NCBI GenBank assembly: GCA_005239945.1
Contig: SBAY01000102.1
Coordinates: forward strand, 1-37,742
Origin: Nitrospira sp.
GTDB taxonomy: Bacteria > UBA9089 > CG2-30-40-21 > SBAY01
DNA length: 37,742 nucleotides
Direction of reading: 5' to 3'
The translations under genes and the position numbers were made by a program. The notes below the pieces were generated by a model. The model was not told where the DNA came from. It did not search any database and worked only from the letters and a program-made list of their open reading frames with translations. Shown here piece by piece: positions 1 through 9,819 of the stretch; within the stretch, counting starts at the first letter, position 1; every line of letters begins with the position of its first letter.

Positions 1-190
1 ATGAGAATCCATCTGAGCCATTTAGAACCTTGTTTGGTAATAGAGCCTGTTTTGGTTTTTCCACCAGATGAATGAACAGAAGGAACTAAACCACCATAGG
101 AACAAAGATGGCCGGCAGAAAGGAATCTGGTGACATCTCCTATTTCCATGAGGATAAGGAGTCCTGAGTAATAGCTGATTCCGAGATAGT
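1..190 (-). mobile_element. IS110-family transposase fragment (C-terminal Transposase_20-type domain), 5'-truncated, runs off window
   Basis: Minus-strand translation GISYYSGLLILMEIGDVTRFLSAGHLCSYGGLVPSVHSSGGKTKTGSITKQGSKWLRWIL matches the typical IS110 motif EIGD..RF......Y.GL.P....SG......I.K.G...LR; no N-terminal DEDD domain recognisable upstream. Confidence 0.85.
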
Positions 191-263
191 ATTGGGGCCA
201 GACCTCGAAAGCAGAATTAACTACCAAAGAGAAGAAAAGAAAGAGACGGTGGAGAGCAACTTT

Positions 264-396
264 TTCTAACCCGTTGCTGAAGCTAACTGCGGGGAGTAAG
301 GCGTGATTGAGATAGTTTTGTGGTTTATTAAGCTTTTATCTTGCTCATAAAGTTTGGTGGTAATTTCCCCGCAGTAGCTTAGCTTTTTCGTTAGTG
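264..396 (+). other. attC-like integron recombination site
   Basis: Starts TTCTAAC-CCGTTGCTGAAGCTAACTGCGGGGA and ends TCCCCGCAGTAGCTTAGCTTTTTC-GTTAGTG; imperfect palindrome with AAC/GTT cores; a short upstream frame (..ETVESNFF*) stops at the TAA of the inverse core. Confidence 0.7.
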
Positions 397-479
397 GATT
401 AATGAGGTATTCTTTCTTATCGGACAAACAATAACGGATTACATATAACCAATTTTAAGGAGATAATGGTGTCCCTCTT

Positions 480-2147
480 ATGAAAAAAAAGGAAAAGAAG
501 GTTAATATCATCCCCTTAGGTGGTCTTGGGGAAATAGGCAAAAATATGATGGCCATAGAGTGTGATGAGGATATTATCGTTGTTGATGCCGGCATGATGT
601 TTCCTGAGGATGAGATGTTGGGTGTGGATTTTGTTATCCCTGATTTCAGGTACTTAGAGAAAAAGGTCAAAAATATTCGGGGGATAATTATTACCCATGG
701 ACATGAGGACCATATTGGGGCATTGCCTTATGTTTTACGAAAAATACCTGTCCCTGTTTATGGAACCCGTCTAACCTTAGGGTTGATTAAAAATAAACTT
801 GCCGAGCTTGAACCGGCGATTCCAGCGGAATTGAACTGCATCAAACCACGGACAAGTATTCAACTAGGTGTGTTTAAGGTAGAATTCTTTCGGGTAAGTC
901 ATTCTATCCCTGATGGTGTCGGCCTGGGTATCTATACACCCCTGGGTTTAATCATTCATACTGGAGATTTTAAGATTGACCAGACACCTATTAACGGAGA
1001 GGCAACAGATTTTCATAAGATTGCTGAGATGTGTAAGGATGGTGCATTAGCCTTGCTGTCTGATAGCACCAATGTAGAAAAAGAGGGATATACCCTTTCG
1101 GAAAAAGAGATTGGAGAGATATTCAAACAAATATTTAGAACTGCTCCAGGCAGAATAATCGTAACGACCTTTGCTTCTAATGTCAATCGTATCCAGCAGA
1201 TTATCGATGCCAGCGTCATCTATAACCGAAAGGTTTGTCTTATGGGTATGTCTATGGAAAAGGTGGTTAATATGGCCCAGGAACTTGGCTATCTAAGCAT
1301 CCCTTCTAAAACCCTTATTTCTGTCGATGAATTAAAAGATGTCCCGCTGAAACGGACGGTTATCATTACTACCGGTAGTCAGGGTGAACCCATGTCTGCT
1401 CTGAGCAGAATGTCTATGCATACCCATAAGCATATCAAGATTTCCAAAGGTGATACGGTGATTATCTCGGCTCGGACTATCCCGGGGAATGAGGTCTCTA
1501 TCTCCAGGACAATAAATAACCTTTTTAAGTTAGGTGCAGAGGTGGCTTATGAGAATGTCTCTGAAGTTCATGTCTCAGGACATGCCAGTCAGGAAGAGCT
1601 TAAATGGATGTTCAATATGGTTCACCCCAAGTATTTTATACCGATACACGGTGAGTATCGGCACTTAGTTCATCATGGCAAACTTGCTCAGAAGCTTGGT
1701 CTGGCGGTAAAAAATATCTTCATCATGGAGAATGGGATGAAACTTGGGATAACAAAGGAAAAGGCAATGCTTGATGAAAAGGTTGAGGCAGGCCAAATCT
1801 TGATAGATGGGAAGGGAATTGGAGATATAGGTTCGGTTGTGCTGCGGGATAGACAGCACCTGGCACAAGATGGAATGGTGATTGTTGTGGTGACAATTGA
1901 CCAGCAGAGTGCAAAGCTCATAGCCAGCCCGGAGATTATCTCCCGCGGATTTGTCTATGTCCGTGAAGCAGATGAATTAATGAATGAAGCCAAAATAAAG
2001 GTAAAAAACTTCTTAGAGGAATTGGTTCAGGAAGGAACAACCAACTGGCCAGCAATAAAATCAGGGATTAAAAGTACATTGAGTAAATACCTATTTGATA
2101 TGACCGAACGCCGACCGATGATATTACCTGTTATTGTGGAGGTGTAG
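480..2147 (+). CDS. rnj: Ribonuclease J
   Basis: PLGGLGEIGKN, THGHEDHIG metallo-beta-lactamase motif, HVSGHA, PIHGE, C-terminal RRPMILP. Confidence 0.97.
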   Translation: MKKKEKKVNIIPLGGLGEIGKNMMAIECDEDIIVVDAGMMFPEDEMLGVDFVIPDFRYLEKKVKNIRGIIITHGHEDHIGALPYVLRKIPVPVYGTRLTLGLIKNKLAELEPAIPAELNCIKPRTSIQLGVFKVEFFRVSHSIPDGVGLGIYTPLGLIIHTGDFKIDQTPINGEATDFHKIAEMCKDGALALLSDSTNVEKEGYTLSEKEIGEIFKQIFRTAPGRIIVTTFASNVNRIQQIIDASVIYNRKVCLMGMSMEKVVNMAQELGYLSIPSKTLISVDELKDVPLKRTVIITTGSQGEPMSALSRMSMHTHKHIKISKGDTVIISARTIPGNEVSISRTINNLFKLGAEVAYENVSEVHVSGHASQEELKWMFNMVHPKYFIPIHGEYRHLVHHGKLAQKLGLAVKNIFIMENGMKLGITKEKAMLDEKVEAGQILIDGKGIGDIGSVVLRDRQHLAQDGMVIVVVTIDQQSAKLIASPEIISRGFVYVREADELMNEAKIKVKNFLEELVQEGTTNWPAIKSGIKSTLSKYLFDMTERRPMILPVIVEV

Positions 2148-2187
2148 GAACTATGGACATACCGAATACAATTATCAATTAATAATT

Positions 2188-5100
2188 CTACTCATACCTA
2201 TCCCATACCGTATGTTCGCCAACAGGAGCAGGGGTTTTACCTTCTTTTTTCTTTTTCTCCTTTTCTTTCCTTGCCTTTTCAAGGGCATCTTTACGAAGGA
2301 TGGGGTGAATTTTCAAGAAGGCATTGACTACCTTAGGGTCAAATTGCTTGCCGGATTGCTCCTTTAATTCCTCTATCGCCTCTTCATCAGATTTACTTTC
2401 CCGAAAGGCACGGCTTGAGGTCATGGCATCGAAGGTATCAGCCACCCTTAAAATCCTTGCCAGATAAGGTATTTTTTCCCCTTTTAAGCCATCTAAGTAG
2501 CCTTTGCCATCATACCATTCATGATGATGATAAATAATCGGCACAACCTCCTTAAGAAATTCTAATGGTCTTAACATTTGAGTTCCCAGGAAGGGATGAT
2601 TTCTTATCTCTCGATGCTCCTCTATGTTTAATTCCTTCTCTGTCTTAAGCAAAATACTTTCCTTTATACCTATTTTGCCAATATCATGTAAAAGTGCGGC
2701 TGTCTCCAGGGTCTTGAGGTCTTCTTTGGAAAGATTCAACTCCTTACCAATCTCTACCGCATATCTGGCTACGGTATCTGAATGCCCTTTAGTGAATGGG
2801 TCCCTTGTTTCGATGATCAAAGAAAGTGCCCGTAATGTCTCCAGACTATGTTTTTGGACATCCTGATATAGTTTTGCATATTCGATGATAATCGATGATT
2901 GCTCAGAAATAGTTGACAAAACCTCAATATCTTGTTCATTAAAAAGGGTCTCATTGAGTTTACTGCAGACATTTAATGCCCCAACCGTCTTTTTTCTCAG
3001 AGACAGAGGCACACTAAGATAGGATTTTTCGATATAGATATTTTTCTCTTCTTCTGTCAGGATTGTATCTTCCGGCAAGTTATTAATCATAAGTGGGCTA
3101 TTGGTTTGTATGACTCGTCCGGCAATTCCCTGTCCAAAATTTAGTTTTTCTTCTCGTTCCTGCTCCATATAAGTCAATCCATAAGATGCCTCTAATTTAA
3201 TATTACCCTCTGCATCCAATAAAGACAAAGAGGCCTTTTTAACCCTTAACACCTTAGCCGTCAATTCTACGATTTGCGGGAGAATATCCTCTACGTCAAA
3301 GACAGTACCAATCATTTTATTTACTGCCTGAACCGTTGACAATTGTAATGCCCTTCGTTTTATCCCATCAAATGCCTCTGTATTATTTAACATAATAACT
3401 ATTTGATTGGCTATAATAGATATCATCCGTTCATCTTCGCTGGTAAATACCCCTGAAGGTAATTTATTCATAAAGTGCATGACGCCAATAGTTTTCTTAT
3501 CTTTCATAATTGGCATAGCAATTAAATTTTGTATATAAAGGTCACCCATCGGTCTAAACCTTGGGTCCTTACGGACATCATCGATAATTACCCCCTGTCC
3601 TTTCTCGCCAACCCAACCAATAATCCCATCACCCATCTTAAATTTGAGTGTCTTGAATAATCCTTCACTTATCCTTCTCTTCCCATGACCAACCTTAACG
3701 ACATACTCATGACGGTCTTCATCCCAGAGAAATATCATTCCTATCTCTGCACTTATAACCTCATTGATTATATTTACGGCCAGGCCTAACATTTCTGTGG
3801 TATTCATAGACAAAGCCATTTTACCGGCTATTTGTTGTAAGCCTATTAATTCTTGTAATCTGCGTGAGGTCTGACTATATAATTTAGCATTGTCAATAGC
3901 CGCGGCCGCAGCCTGCGAAATGGCCATAATCAGTCTTAACTCTTCTTTGGATAATGGCTGTTTGAGTTGCGAGACAAGGCTTAAAATCCCAATTACCTTA
4001 TCCTTGGTTATCAATGGAATTAACAGAAGTAATTCTATTTTCCCTGTCCCAACTAATAGCCTTAGATCCGACATGCCTTCTATGGTAGAAAGACTCAAGT
4101 GTCTTTTCCCCACCAGGACAGGTTCAAGTTTCCCCTTCAACTCATCATTTAGTTCAATCTCTGTTTCTTGAGTCTTATCATCTCCAAAACCACGGTCAGC
4201 TATTCTGTTTAATTGATTCTTCTTATCCTCATAGAAGGATATACTCACCGCAAATTGTGGAAATAGTGTAGTGATCTTCTCCATGATGACCTTAAGGATT
4301 TCTGCGATACTAAGGGTAGAAGACAGGGCTGTAGAAATCACATAAAAACTGGACAACTCGGTTACTCGTTGAGTAATCATTTCATAGAGTCGGGCGGTTT
4401 CGATAGCAATACTGACCTCATTGGCTAAGATACAGAGTAAATTCAAGTCGGATTCTGTAAATATCCCACTGCCTACCCGATTACTAATATTAAATACACC
4501 AATCAATTTATCCTTCAGGATTAATGGGGCAGACATGGCATCTTTAATTTCCGTATCTACTTTAGTAGATTTGAATCGCTGGTCTTTCACCTCACCAATG
4601 AGCAGTAAAGGTTCTTTTTCTTTAGCCACCCAACCGGCGATACTTCCATCCCCGGGTTTTCTAACCGTATTTTTAATAATCTCATCTGTCAAGCCCTCAG
4701 CTACCTTAATCGTCAATTCACCGGTAGCTTCATCTAATAACATAACCGAACCGTGTTGAGCCTGGAATATTTCACTGCTTCTTTTCAGGATTAATTTTAA
4801 AATCTCTTGTAACTCCTTACCTTCGCTAATGGTTTTGCTTATTTCATATAACGCCGATAAGGCATTAGCCGCTGTTTTTAATTCCGTATATAATTTAGCT
4901 GTTTGTAAGGAAACCGCCGCCTGAGTGGCTATAACCATTAATATACTTTCGTCTATTTCGGTAAAACCTTCTTCACGCTTAGAATTAAATACATTAATAA
5001 CCCCAATTGTTTTCTCTTTATATTTTAATGGCGCGGCAAGTTGAGAGCGTAAGTCCTGTTTTAAAGGATTAACAAACCGGGGGTCTTTATCCAGATCCGG

Positions 5101-6168
5101 TATATTCTGGACTGCACCTTCTTTAGCCACCCAGCCGGTAATTCCTTCTCCTACCCGCACACTTGACTTGTCTAATTTTTCTTCATGAGGATAAGTGCCC
5201 CTACAAACAACCTCCCCTGAAATATCATCGAGCAGCCAGATGGATGCCTTTTCGGCTGAGGTTACCTTGATAGCACCATCCATCAGTAAAGATAATTGTT
5301 CTTTAAGGTCAAATTTTGAGGTAATAGCCTGTTCTATTCTAAGTAACGCCATAGAACTGGTAATTTCTCGCTGGAGTGCCTCCTTAGTTACACCATAAAG
5401 CCTGGCATTGTCAATAGCCGTAGCCGATTGTGCCGCAAAGATATTAAGTAAATCTATTTCCTCTGAAGTGAATAGGCGACTGGTCTTCGTATAAAGTTCT
5501 AAAACCCCAATTATCTCATCTCTTGCCTTCAATGGGAGTCCAAGATACGAAATAAATCCCTCATCTTTTACCCAGGTGGAGGTTCTTGGGTCAGTGGATA
5601 AATCCAGAATAGATTGAAATGACTTATTCTCTACAACCCAGTTACTTATTTTTTCCTTAGTGCCTATTTCCATTAAATCTGTTTGAATACCTTCTTTAGC
5701 CTTAGGGATTACTCCTTCCTTCATCTTCCCGGCCAACCCCACCAGACAACCATCGACCTGAACTAATTTAATGGCTGATTTTGGAATCATGTCCAGGACC
5801 TCATTCATGTGCAGTGTCGAGGTTAAACCAAAGGATATTTCCTGAAGGGTAGTAAGCTGGGCTGCCCGGGATTTACTTCGTTTCTCATCACCCCGAGCCT
5901 TGAGAAGAATAAAATTATGTATAACCAGGAGGGTAACCAAAAAAGACACTGACATCCATAAGACCGTTACATTCTGGAAAAAGAAAAAACTAACCACAAC
6001 AAATCCAATAACGATTACCCCTACAATCCAATTAAGTAATTTGTCGATATCACTTTTTTCAGAATAAAGTGATATATTTTTTTCTAAAATAGATGGAAAT
6101 TCTTTTATATTGTGAATAAGATACCATGGATTTTTAACTATATTCATGACCATATACCATTCCTTCAT
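2188..6168 (-). CDS. Membrane-anchored multi-GAF (about six) HD-GYP domain protein, putative c-di-GMP phosphodiesterase
   Basis: Two N-terminal hydrophobic segments; six repeats ending like A.AIDNARLY; C-terminal LLHDIGKIG, HHEWYDGKGYLDGLKGEKIP, VADTFDAMTS.R, GKQFDP; exact start uncertain. Confidence 0.9.
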   Translation of the reverse strand: MKEWYMVMNIVKNPWYLIHNIKEFPSILEKNISLYSEKSDIDKLLNWIVGVIVIGFVVVSFFFFQNVTVLWMSVSFLVTLLVIHNFILLKARGDEKRSKSRAAQLTTLQEISFGLTSTLHMNEVLDMIPKSAIKLVQVDGCLVGLAGKMKEGVIPKAKEGIQTDLMEIGTKEKISNWVVENKSFQSILDLSTDPRTSTWVKDEGFISYLGLPLKARDEIIGVLELYTKTSRLFTSEEIDLLNIFAAQSATAIDNARLYGVTKEALQREITSSMALLRIEQAITSKFDLKEQLSLLMDGAIKVTSAEKASIWLLDDISGEVVCRGTYPHEEKLDKSSVRVGEGITGWVAKEGAVQNIPDLDKDPRFVNPLKQDLRSQLAAPLKYKEKTIGVINVFNSKREEGFTEIDESILMVIATQAAVSLQTAKLYTELKTAANALSALYEISKTISEGKELQEILKLILKRSSEIFQAQHGSVMLLDEATGELTIKVAEGLTDEIIKNTVRKPGDGSIAGWVAKEKEPLLLIGEVKDQRFKSTKVDTEIKDAMSAPLILKDKLIGVFNISNRVGSGIFTESDLNLLCILANEVSIAIETARLYEMITQRVTELSSFYVISTALSSTLSIAEILKVIMEKITTLFPQFAVSISFYEDKKNQLNRIADRGFGDDKTQETEIELNDELKGKLEPVLVGKRHLSLSTIEGMSDLRLLVGTGKIELLLLIPLITKDKVIGILSLVSQLKQPLSKEELRLIMAISQAAAAAIDNAKLYSQTSRRLQELIGLQQIAGKMALSMNTTEMLGLAVNIINEVISAEIGMIFLWDEDRHEYVVKVGHGKRRISEGLFKTLKFKMGDGIIGWVGEKGQGVIIDDVRKDPRFRPMGDLYIQNLIAMPIMKDKKTIGVMHFMNKLPSGVFTSEDERMISIIANQIVIMLNNTEAFDGIKRRALQLSTVQAVNKMIGTVFDVEDILPQIVELTAKVLRVKKASLSLLDAEGNIKLEASYGLTYMEQEREEKLNFGQGIAGRVIQTNSPLMINNLPEDTILTEEEKNIYIEKSYLSVPLSLRKKTVGALNVCSKLNETLFNEQDIEVLSTISEQSSIIIEYAKLYQDVQKHSLETLRALSLIIETRDPFTKGHSDTVARYAVEIGKELNLSKEDLKTLETAALLHDIGKIGIKESILLKTEKELNIEEHREIRNHPFLGTQMLRPLEFLKEVVPIIYHHHEWYDGKGYLDGLKGEKIPYLARILRVADTFDAMTSSRAFRESKSDEEAIEELKEQSGKQFDPKVVNAFLKIHPILRKDALEKARKEKEKKKKEGKTPAPVGEHTVWDRYE

Positions 6169-6188
6169 CTGAAAACACCTCTGATTTC

Positions 6189-6254
6189 TTGGAGTTAATT
6201 TTTTAGAATTTTATAATTCATAAAAGGATTAAAAGGCTAAAGCCTAAACTCCAA
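6189..6254. repeat. Degenerate intergenic hairpin (TTGGAGTT...AACTCCAA)
   Basis: 8-bp outer inverted repeat with AAGGCTAAAGCCTAAACTCC heptamer-like run in the right arm. Confidence 0.35.
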
Positions 6255-6290
6255 TTCTCACATATTAGGATGTTCCTTTATTATATTAAA

Positions 6291-6319
6291 ATAATAGCAA
6301 ATAAATTGAATTTAGTCAA
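6291..6319 (-). promoter_or_regulatory. Sigma70-type promoter for HD-GYP gene
   Basis: Minus strand TTGACT-17nt-TATTAT with TG extended -10. Confidence 0.55.
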
Positions 6320-6515
6320 GAAAAAAATCTTGTTAGAGGTAATTCCTCGGTTATCAATTGGTTCCATATCCTGAAAGAGATTACATCACTTCGGAAGGAG
6401 ACGGGCAACGAGCATATCACCTCCGTGACCATTCGCATCGCGCCAGACAGTTCTCCGTTGAGTCCCCATCTTGCCATCGACTCGGGACAACAAGGCATTC
6501 AAATTACCACCTCCC

Positions 6516-7694
6516 TTAAAGTGCTTTAAATACAGCCAGAACTTTATCAAGATGAACCGTTGTATGTGTGGCCATCAAGCTTAGTCTCAGCCGTGACTTA
6601 CCTTTGGGAACAGTCGGTGGTCTTATGGCTGGGACAAAGATACCATTTTCATAGAGGAATTTTGATGCCTGCATCGTTTTAGCCGTATCCCCAATAAATA
6701 CAGGTATGATTTGGGTCGGACTCTCCATCGTATCAAATCCTATGGATTGTAATCCTTCCTTTAAATACCGGACATTTTGCAAAAGTCGAAGTTGAAGTTG
6801 TGGTTCTGTTTGAATTACTTCTAAGGAAGCTAATGCCGTGGCTACTTGAACCGGGGCCAGGGCAGTAGAATAAATAAAACTCCTGGCCTTGTTTATGAGA
6901 TACTCAATCAGGACATTAGAACCAGCAATAAACCCGCCAAGACTCCCCAATGCCTTGCTTAAAGTTCCCATTTGAATATCAATATGCCCATCTAAATCAA
7001 AATATTCCACTGTTCCCCGGCCTTCTTTGCCCAATACCCCTGTTCCATGGGCATCGTCAACCATTACCAGGGCATTATATTTTTCAGCTAAATCCACTAT
7101 TTCCGGCAAAGGGGCAATATCGCCATCCATGCTGAATACCCCGTCGGTAATAATCAATCGAAGTCTTTTGTTTTGGGTTTGTTTGAGGATTTTTTCAAGG
7201 AAAACCATATTTTTGTGTGGATAAACCCTTAAATCCGCCTCACTTAACCTACAACCATCGATTATACTGGCATGATTTAGTTTGTCAACAATGATGACAT
7301 CACCTTTACCTGCTAGGCTTGAAATTACACCAAGATTAGCCGCATAGCCAGAGGCAAAGACTAAAGCCGCCTCTGTCTTTTTAAATTCAGCTAACCTTTT
7401 TTCTAATTCATCATGTAGTGAAAAAGTTCCAGAGATTAATCTTGAGGCACCACTGCCACAGCCAAATCTTTCAATGGCCTCTTTTGCCTTTTCTTTAACC
7501 TTTGGGTGCTGGGTTAATCCTAAATAATCATTGGAGCATAAAAGGATATATTCATCCTGAGCAATTTTAATCGTAGGACCATCACAGGAATCGATTATCC
7601 TTAATTTTCTGGACAAGTCCTGTTTTTCTAACCTATCTAATTCCTCTCTTAAAAAATCCATTTTAGGTGATAAAGGGATGTTTTTTTTAGCCAT
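6516..7694 (-). CDS. bioF: 8-amino-7-oxononanoate synthase (class II PLP aminotransferase)
   Basis: CSNDYLGL, GSGASRLISG, FASGYAAN, DKLNHASIIDG, DDAHG, GTLSKALG, AIRPPTVP; start moved to ATG 7694 because the promoter overlaps the longer GTG start. Confidence 0.9.
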   Translation of the reverse strand: MAKKNIPLSPKMDFLREELDRLEKQDLSRKLRIIDSCDGPTIKIAQDEYILLCSNDYLGLTQHPKVKEKAKEAIERFGCGSGASRLISGTFSLHDELEKRLAEFKKTEAALVFASGYAANLGVISSLAGKGDVIIVDKLNHASIIDGCRLSEADLRVYPHKNMVFLEKILKQTQNKRLRLIITDGVFSMDGDIAPLPEIVDLAEKYNALVMVDDAHGTGVLGKEGRGTVEYFDLDGHIDIQMGTLSKALGSLGGFIAGSNVLIEYLINKARSFIYSTALAPVQVATALASLEVIQTEPQLQLRLLQNVRYLKEGLQSIGFDTMESPTQIIPVFIGDTAKTMQASKFLYENGIFVPAIRPPTVPKGKSRLRLSLMATHTTVHLDKVLAVFKAL

Positions 7695-7701
7695 CTTTTT
7701 T

Positions 7702-7730
7702 ATTCTATCACTCACTTGCTAAAAAGTCAA
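7702..7730 (-). promoter_or_regulatory. Sigma70-type promoter for bioF
   Basis: Minus strand TTGACT-17nt-TAGAAT with TG extension. Confidence 0.6.
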
Positions 7731-7780
7731 CCCGTTTTTTGTCAGAGGCATTCAGGAAATAGCGTTTTTGAAAAAGGTTA

Positions 7781-7856
7781 GCCACAAAAACACAAAGGCA
7801 CTAAATTTCACTAAAATTTCCTTTTGTGGAATTTTGTGTTTTGGTGATTTTGTGGC
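7781..7856. repeat. Intergenic hairpin, CACAAAG/CACTAA 8-mer family
   Basis: GCCACAAAAACACAAAGGCACTAAA ... TTTTGTGTTTTGGTGATTTTGTGGC; ends shared with 32393-32512. Confidence 0.85.
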
Positions 7857-7880
7857 ATATTACAATTAATCGAAATTTTC

Positions 7881-7910
7881 TTGACATTTTTGGTAAGGGT
7901 ATGATATAAT
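7881..7910 (+). promoter_or_regulatory. Sigma70 promoter for mcsA-mcsB-clpC
   Basis: TTGACA-18nt-TATAAT with TGn extended -10. Confidence 0.75.
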
Positions 7911-7984
7911 AAAATTAGGAATTAGGGGAAAATGGTTTTCTCTAATCTATAAATCCTCAATGCTCACAATAAAGGAGGTCAGAG

Positions 7985-8518
7985 ATGTTTTGTGATATTT
8001 GTCAAAAAGAAGAGGCAACTATATTTTATAAAGAAATGGTTAATAATAAATATACCGAGATGCATCTCTGTAAAAAATGTGCCGGTGAGCAAGAAGTCAA
8101 AAATTTACAGATTCCACCGGCTATCACTAATCTTCTCTCTGCCCTGGCTGAATTAAGTGCTGAGGCTGTACCTAAGGAAATAGCCGAGGAAAAATGCCCT
8201 GGATGTGGCTTTACCTATTCGGATTTTCGCGAAAGAGGAAAATTGGGCTGTTCTCAATGTTATCAATCCTTTAGTGAGCCATTGTCTAATATCCTCCGCA
8301 AGATTCATGGTAATATCCAGCATAGTGGTAAATCGCCTGCTACCCTTCCTACCCCCGCTACCCCTTCTGCTGTGCCGCCTGTCAGGGAAACAGAACTATC
8401 AAAGGAAATTGTAGCCTTACGCCAGGCATTAGAGGCGGCGGTTAAAAAGGAAGAATATGAGGAGGCGGCTAAATTACGAGACCAAATCAAGGCATTAGAA
8501 AAGGAAATTATGAATTAA
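7985..8518 (+). CDS. mcsA: Protein-arginine kinase activator McsA (UvrB/UvrC motif)
   Basis: Four CxxC motifs, IHG...H.GK.P, C-terminal EEYEEAAKLRDQIK UVR domain; upstream of mcsB; RBS AAGGAGG. Confidence 0.92.
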   Translation: MFCDICQKEEATIFYKEMVNNKYTEMHLCKKCAGEQEVKNLQIPPAITNLLSALAELSAEAVPKEIAEEKCPGCGFTYSDFRERGKLGCSQCYQSFSEPLSNILRKIHGNIQHSGKSPATLPTPATPSAVPPVRETELSKEIVALRQALEAAVKKEEYEEAAKLRDQIKALEKEIMN

Positions 8519-8600
8519 AAATTATGAATTAAAAATTAAAAATTGAGAAGTAAGAATTGTTTTCCTCAATTTTTAATTTTTAATTCATAATTTTTAATTA
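8506..8600. repeat. Intergenic hairpin, AATTAAA/AATTATG 7-mer family, copy 1
   Basis: AATTAAAAATTATGAATTAAAAATTAAAAATTGAG ... CTCAATTTTTAATTTTTAATTCATAATTTTTAATT; provides the mcsA stop codon. Confidence 0.93.
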
Positions 8601-8620
8601 TACGAGGAGCCCACAGGATA

Positions 8621-9679
8621 ATGGATATAAAAAAGATTGTCGAGACCCCAGCAGAATGGTTAAATAATACCGGTACCCATGCGGATATTGTTATCAGCAC
8701 ACGAGTAAGGTTAGCTCGCAATCTCGACGGCATACCATTTACCAATTGTGCCAAAGAGCCTGAGATTAACAAGGTCATTTCCGAGGTAAAAAATGCCGTT
8801 AAAAATAATCCCTATCTGACTAATGCAAGTATGCTCGATTTAAGCCAGGTAAATAATTTAGTTAAACAATTTTTAGTTGAGCGACACCTGATTAGTCGTG
8901 AGTTAGCCGAAAATAAAAAAGGGATTGTTTTTGTAGGTGATAAAGAGCTGATAAATATTATGGTCAATGAAGAAGACCATCTGCGGATACAGACCTTTTC
9001 TTCTGGATTAGAGCCACAGCGAACATGGCAGATGATTAACCAGGTAGATGATGAATTATCTAAATCATTAAAATATGCCTATTCATCGAATTGGGGTTAT
9101 TTGACTGCCTGTCCAACCAATGTGGGCACTGGTATGCGCACATCGGTGATGATACATCTACCGGCACTCGATATTACTAAACAGATACGAAAAATACTTC
9201 ATGCTATCTCCCAAGTAGGATTGGCTATTCGTGGGCTTTATGGTGAGGGAACAGAGGCACTGGGTGATTTCTTTCAGATATCTAATCAAATAACGCTTGG
9301 TAGGAGTGAGGAGGAAATAACGGAAAATATAGAGAAAATCACTAACCAGATTATTGGTCATGAGCAAAAGGCACGAGAGGTGTTAATCAAGGAAAATCGA
9401 ATTCAATTAGAAGACCAGATTCTGCGTGCTTATGCTACCTTAGCCTATGCCCGGGTTATCTCCTCAAAAGAGGCTTTAGAACTCCTGTCATTAGTTCGCT
9501 TAGGCGCAGGCATCGGATTGATCAAAGAGGTCTCATTAAAAGTGATAAATGAGTTATTGGTTCTTTCTCAACCGGCCAATGTTCAATTATTAGCCGGTGA
9601 GGTTCTAAGTAATCCGGCTCGTGATGTCAGACGAGCGATTATAATTCAACAAAAATTATTCAGGGAGAAAATAAAGTAA
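8621..9679 (+). CDS. mcsB: Protein arginine kinase McsB
   Basis: STRVRLARN, LVERHLIS, MVNEEDHLRIQ, GYLTACPTNVGTG, RGLYGEG, QISNQITLG. Confidence 0.96.
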   Translation: MDIKKIVETPAEWLNNTGTHADIVISTRVRLARNLDGIPFTNCAKEPEINKVISEVKNAVKNNPYLTNASMLDLSQVNNLVKQFLVERHLISRELAENKKGIVFVGDKELINIMVNEEDHLRIQTFSSGLEPQRTWQMINQVDDELSKSLKYAYSSNWGYLTACPTNVGTGMRTSVMIHLPALDITKQIRKILHAISQVGLAIRGLYGEGTEALGDFFQISNQITLGRSEEEITENIEKITNQIIGHEQKAREVLIKENRIQLEDQILRAYATLAYARVISSKEALELLSLVRLGAGIGLIKEVSLKVINELLVLSQPANVQLLAGEVLSNPARDVRRAIIIQQKLFREKIK

Positions 9680-9792
9680 GGTATCAGGTATCAGGTGTCA
9701 GGTGTCAGGTAGGAAGAAAAGAGAAGTTAGGAGAAAAGAGTTTTTCACTGACTCCTAATTCCCCTCTCCTTCCTGCCTGATACCTGATACCT
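9679..9792. repeat. Intergenic hairpin, GGTATCA/GGTGTCA 7-mer family
   Basis: AGGTATCAGGTATCAGGTGTCAGGTGTCAGGTAGGAAG ... CTTCCTGCCTGATACCTGATACCT, with inner TTAGGAG/CTCCTAA stem. Confidence 0.9.
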
Positions 9793-9819
9793 AAATTATT
9801 AATTGATGAGGTGAAAAAA

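Noticed and set aside
6316-6498. 60-aa minus-strand ORF
   Set aside because: No recognisable motif and it overlaps the predicted -35; cannot be supported, though a GGGAGG lies upstream
9679-9710. CtsR heptad boxes upstream of clpC
   Set aside because: GGTATCA/GGTGTCA units are contiguous, differ from RGTCAAA-NAN-RGTCAAA and have an inverted partner arm
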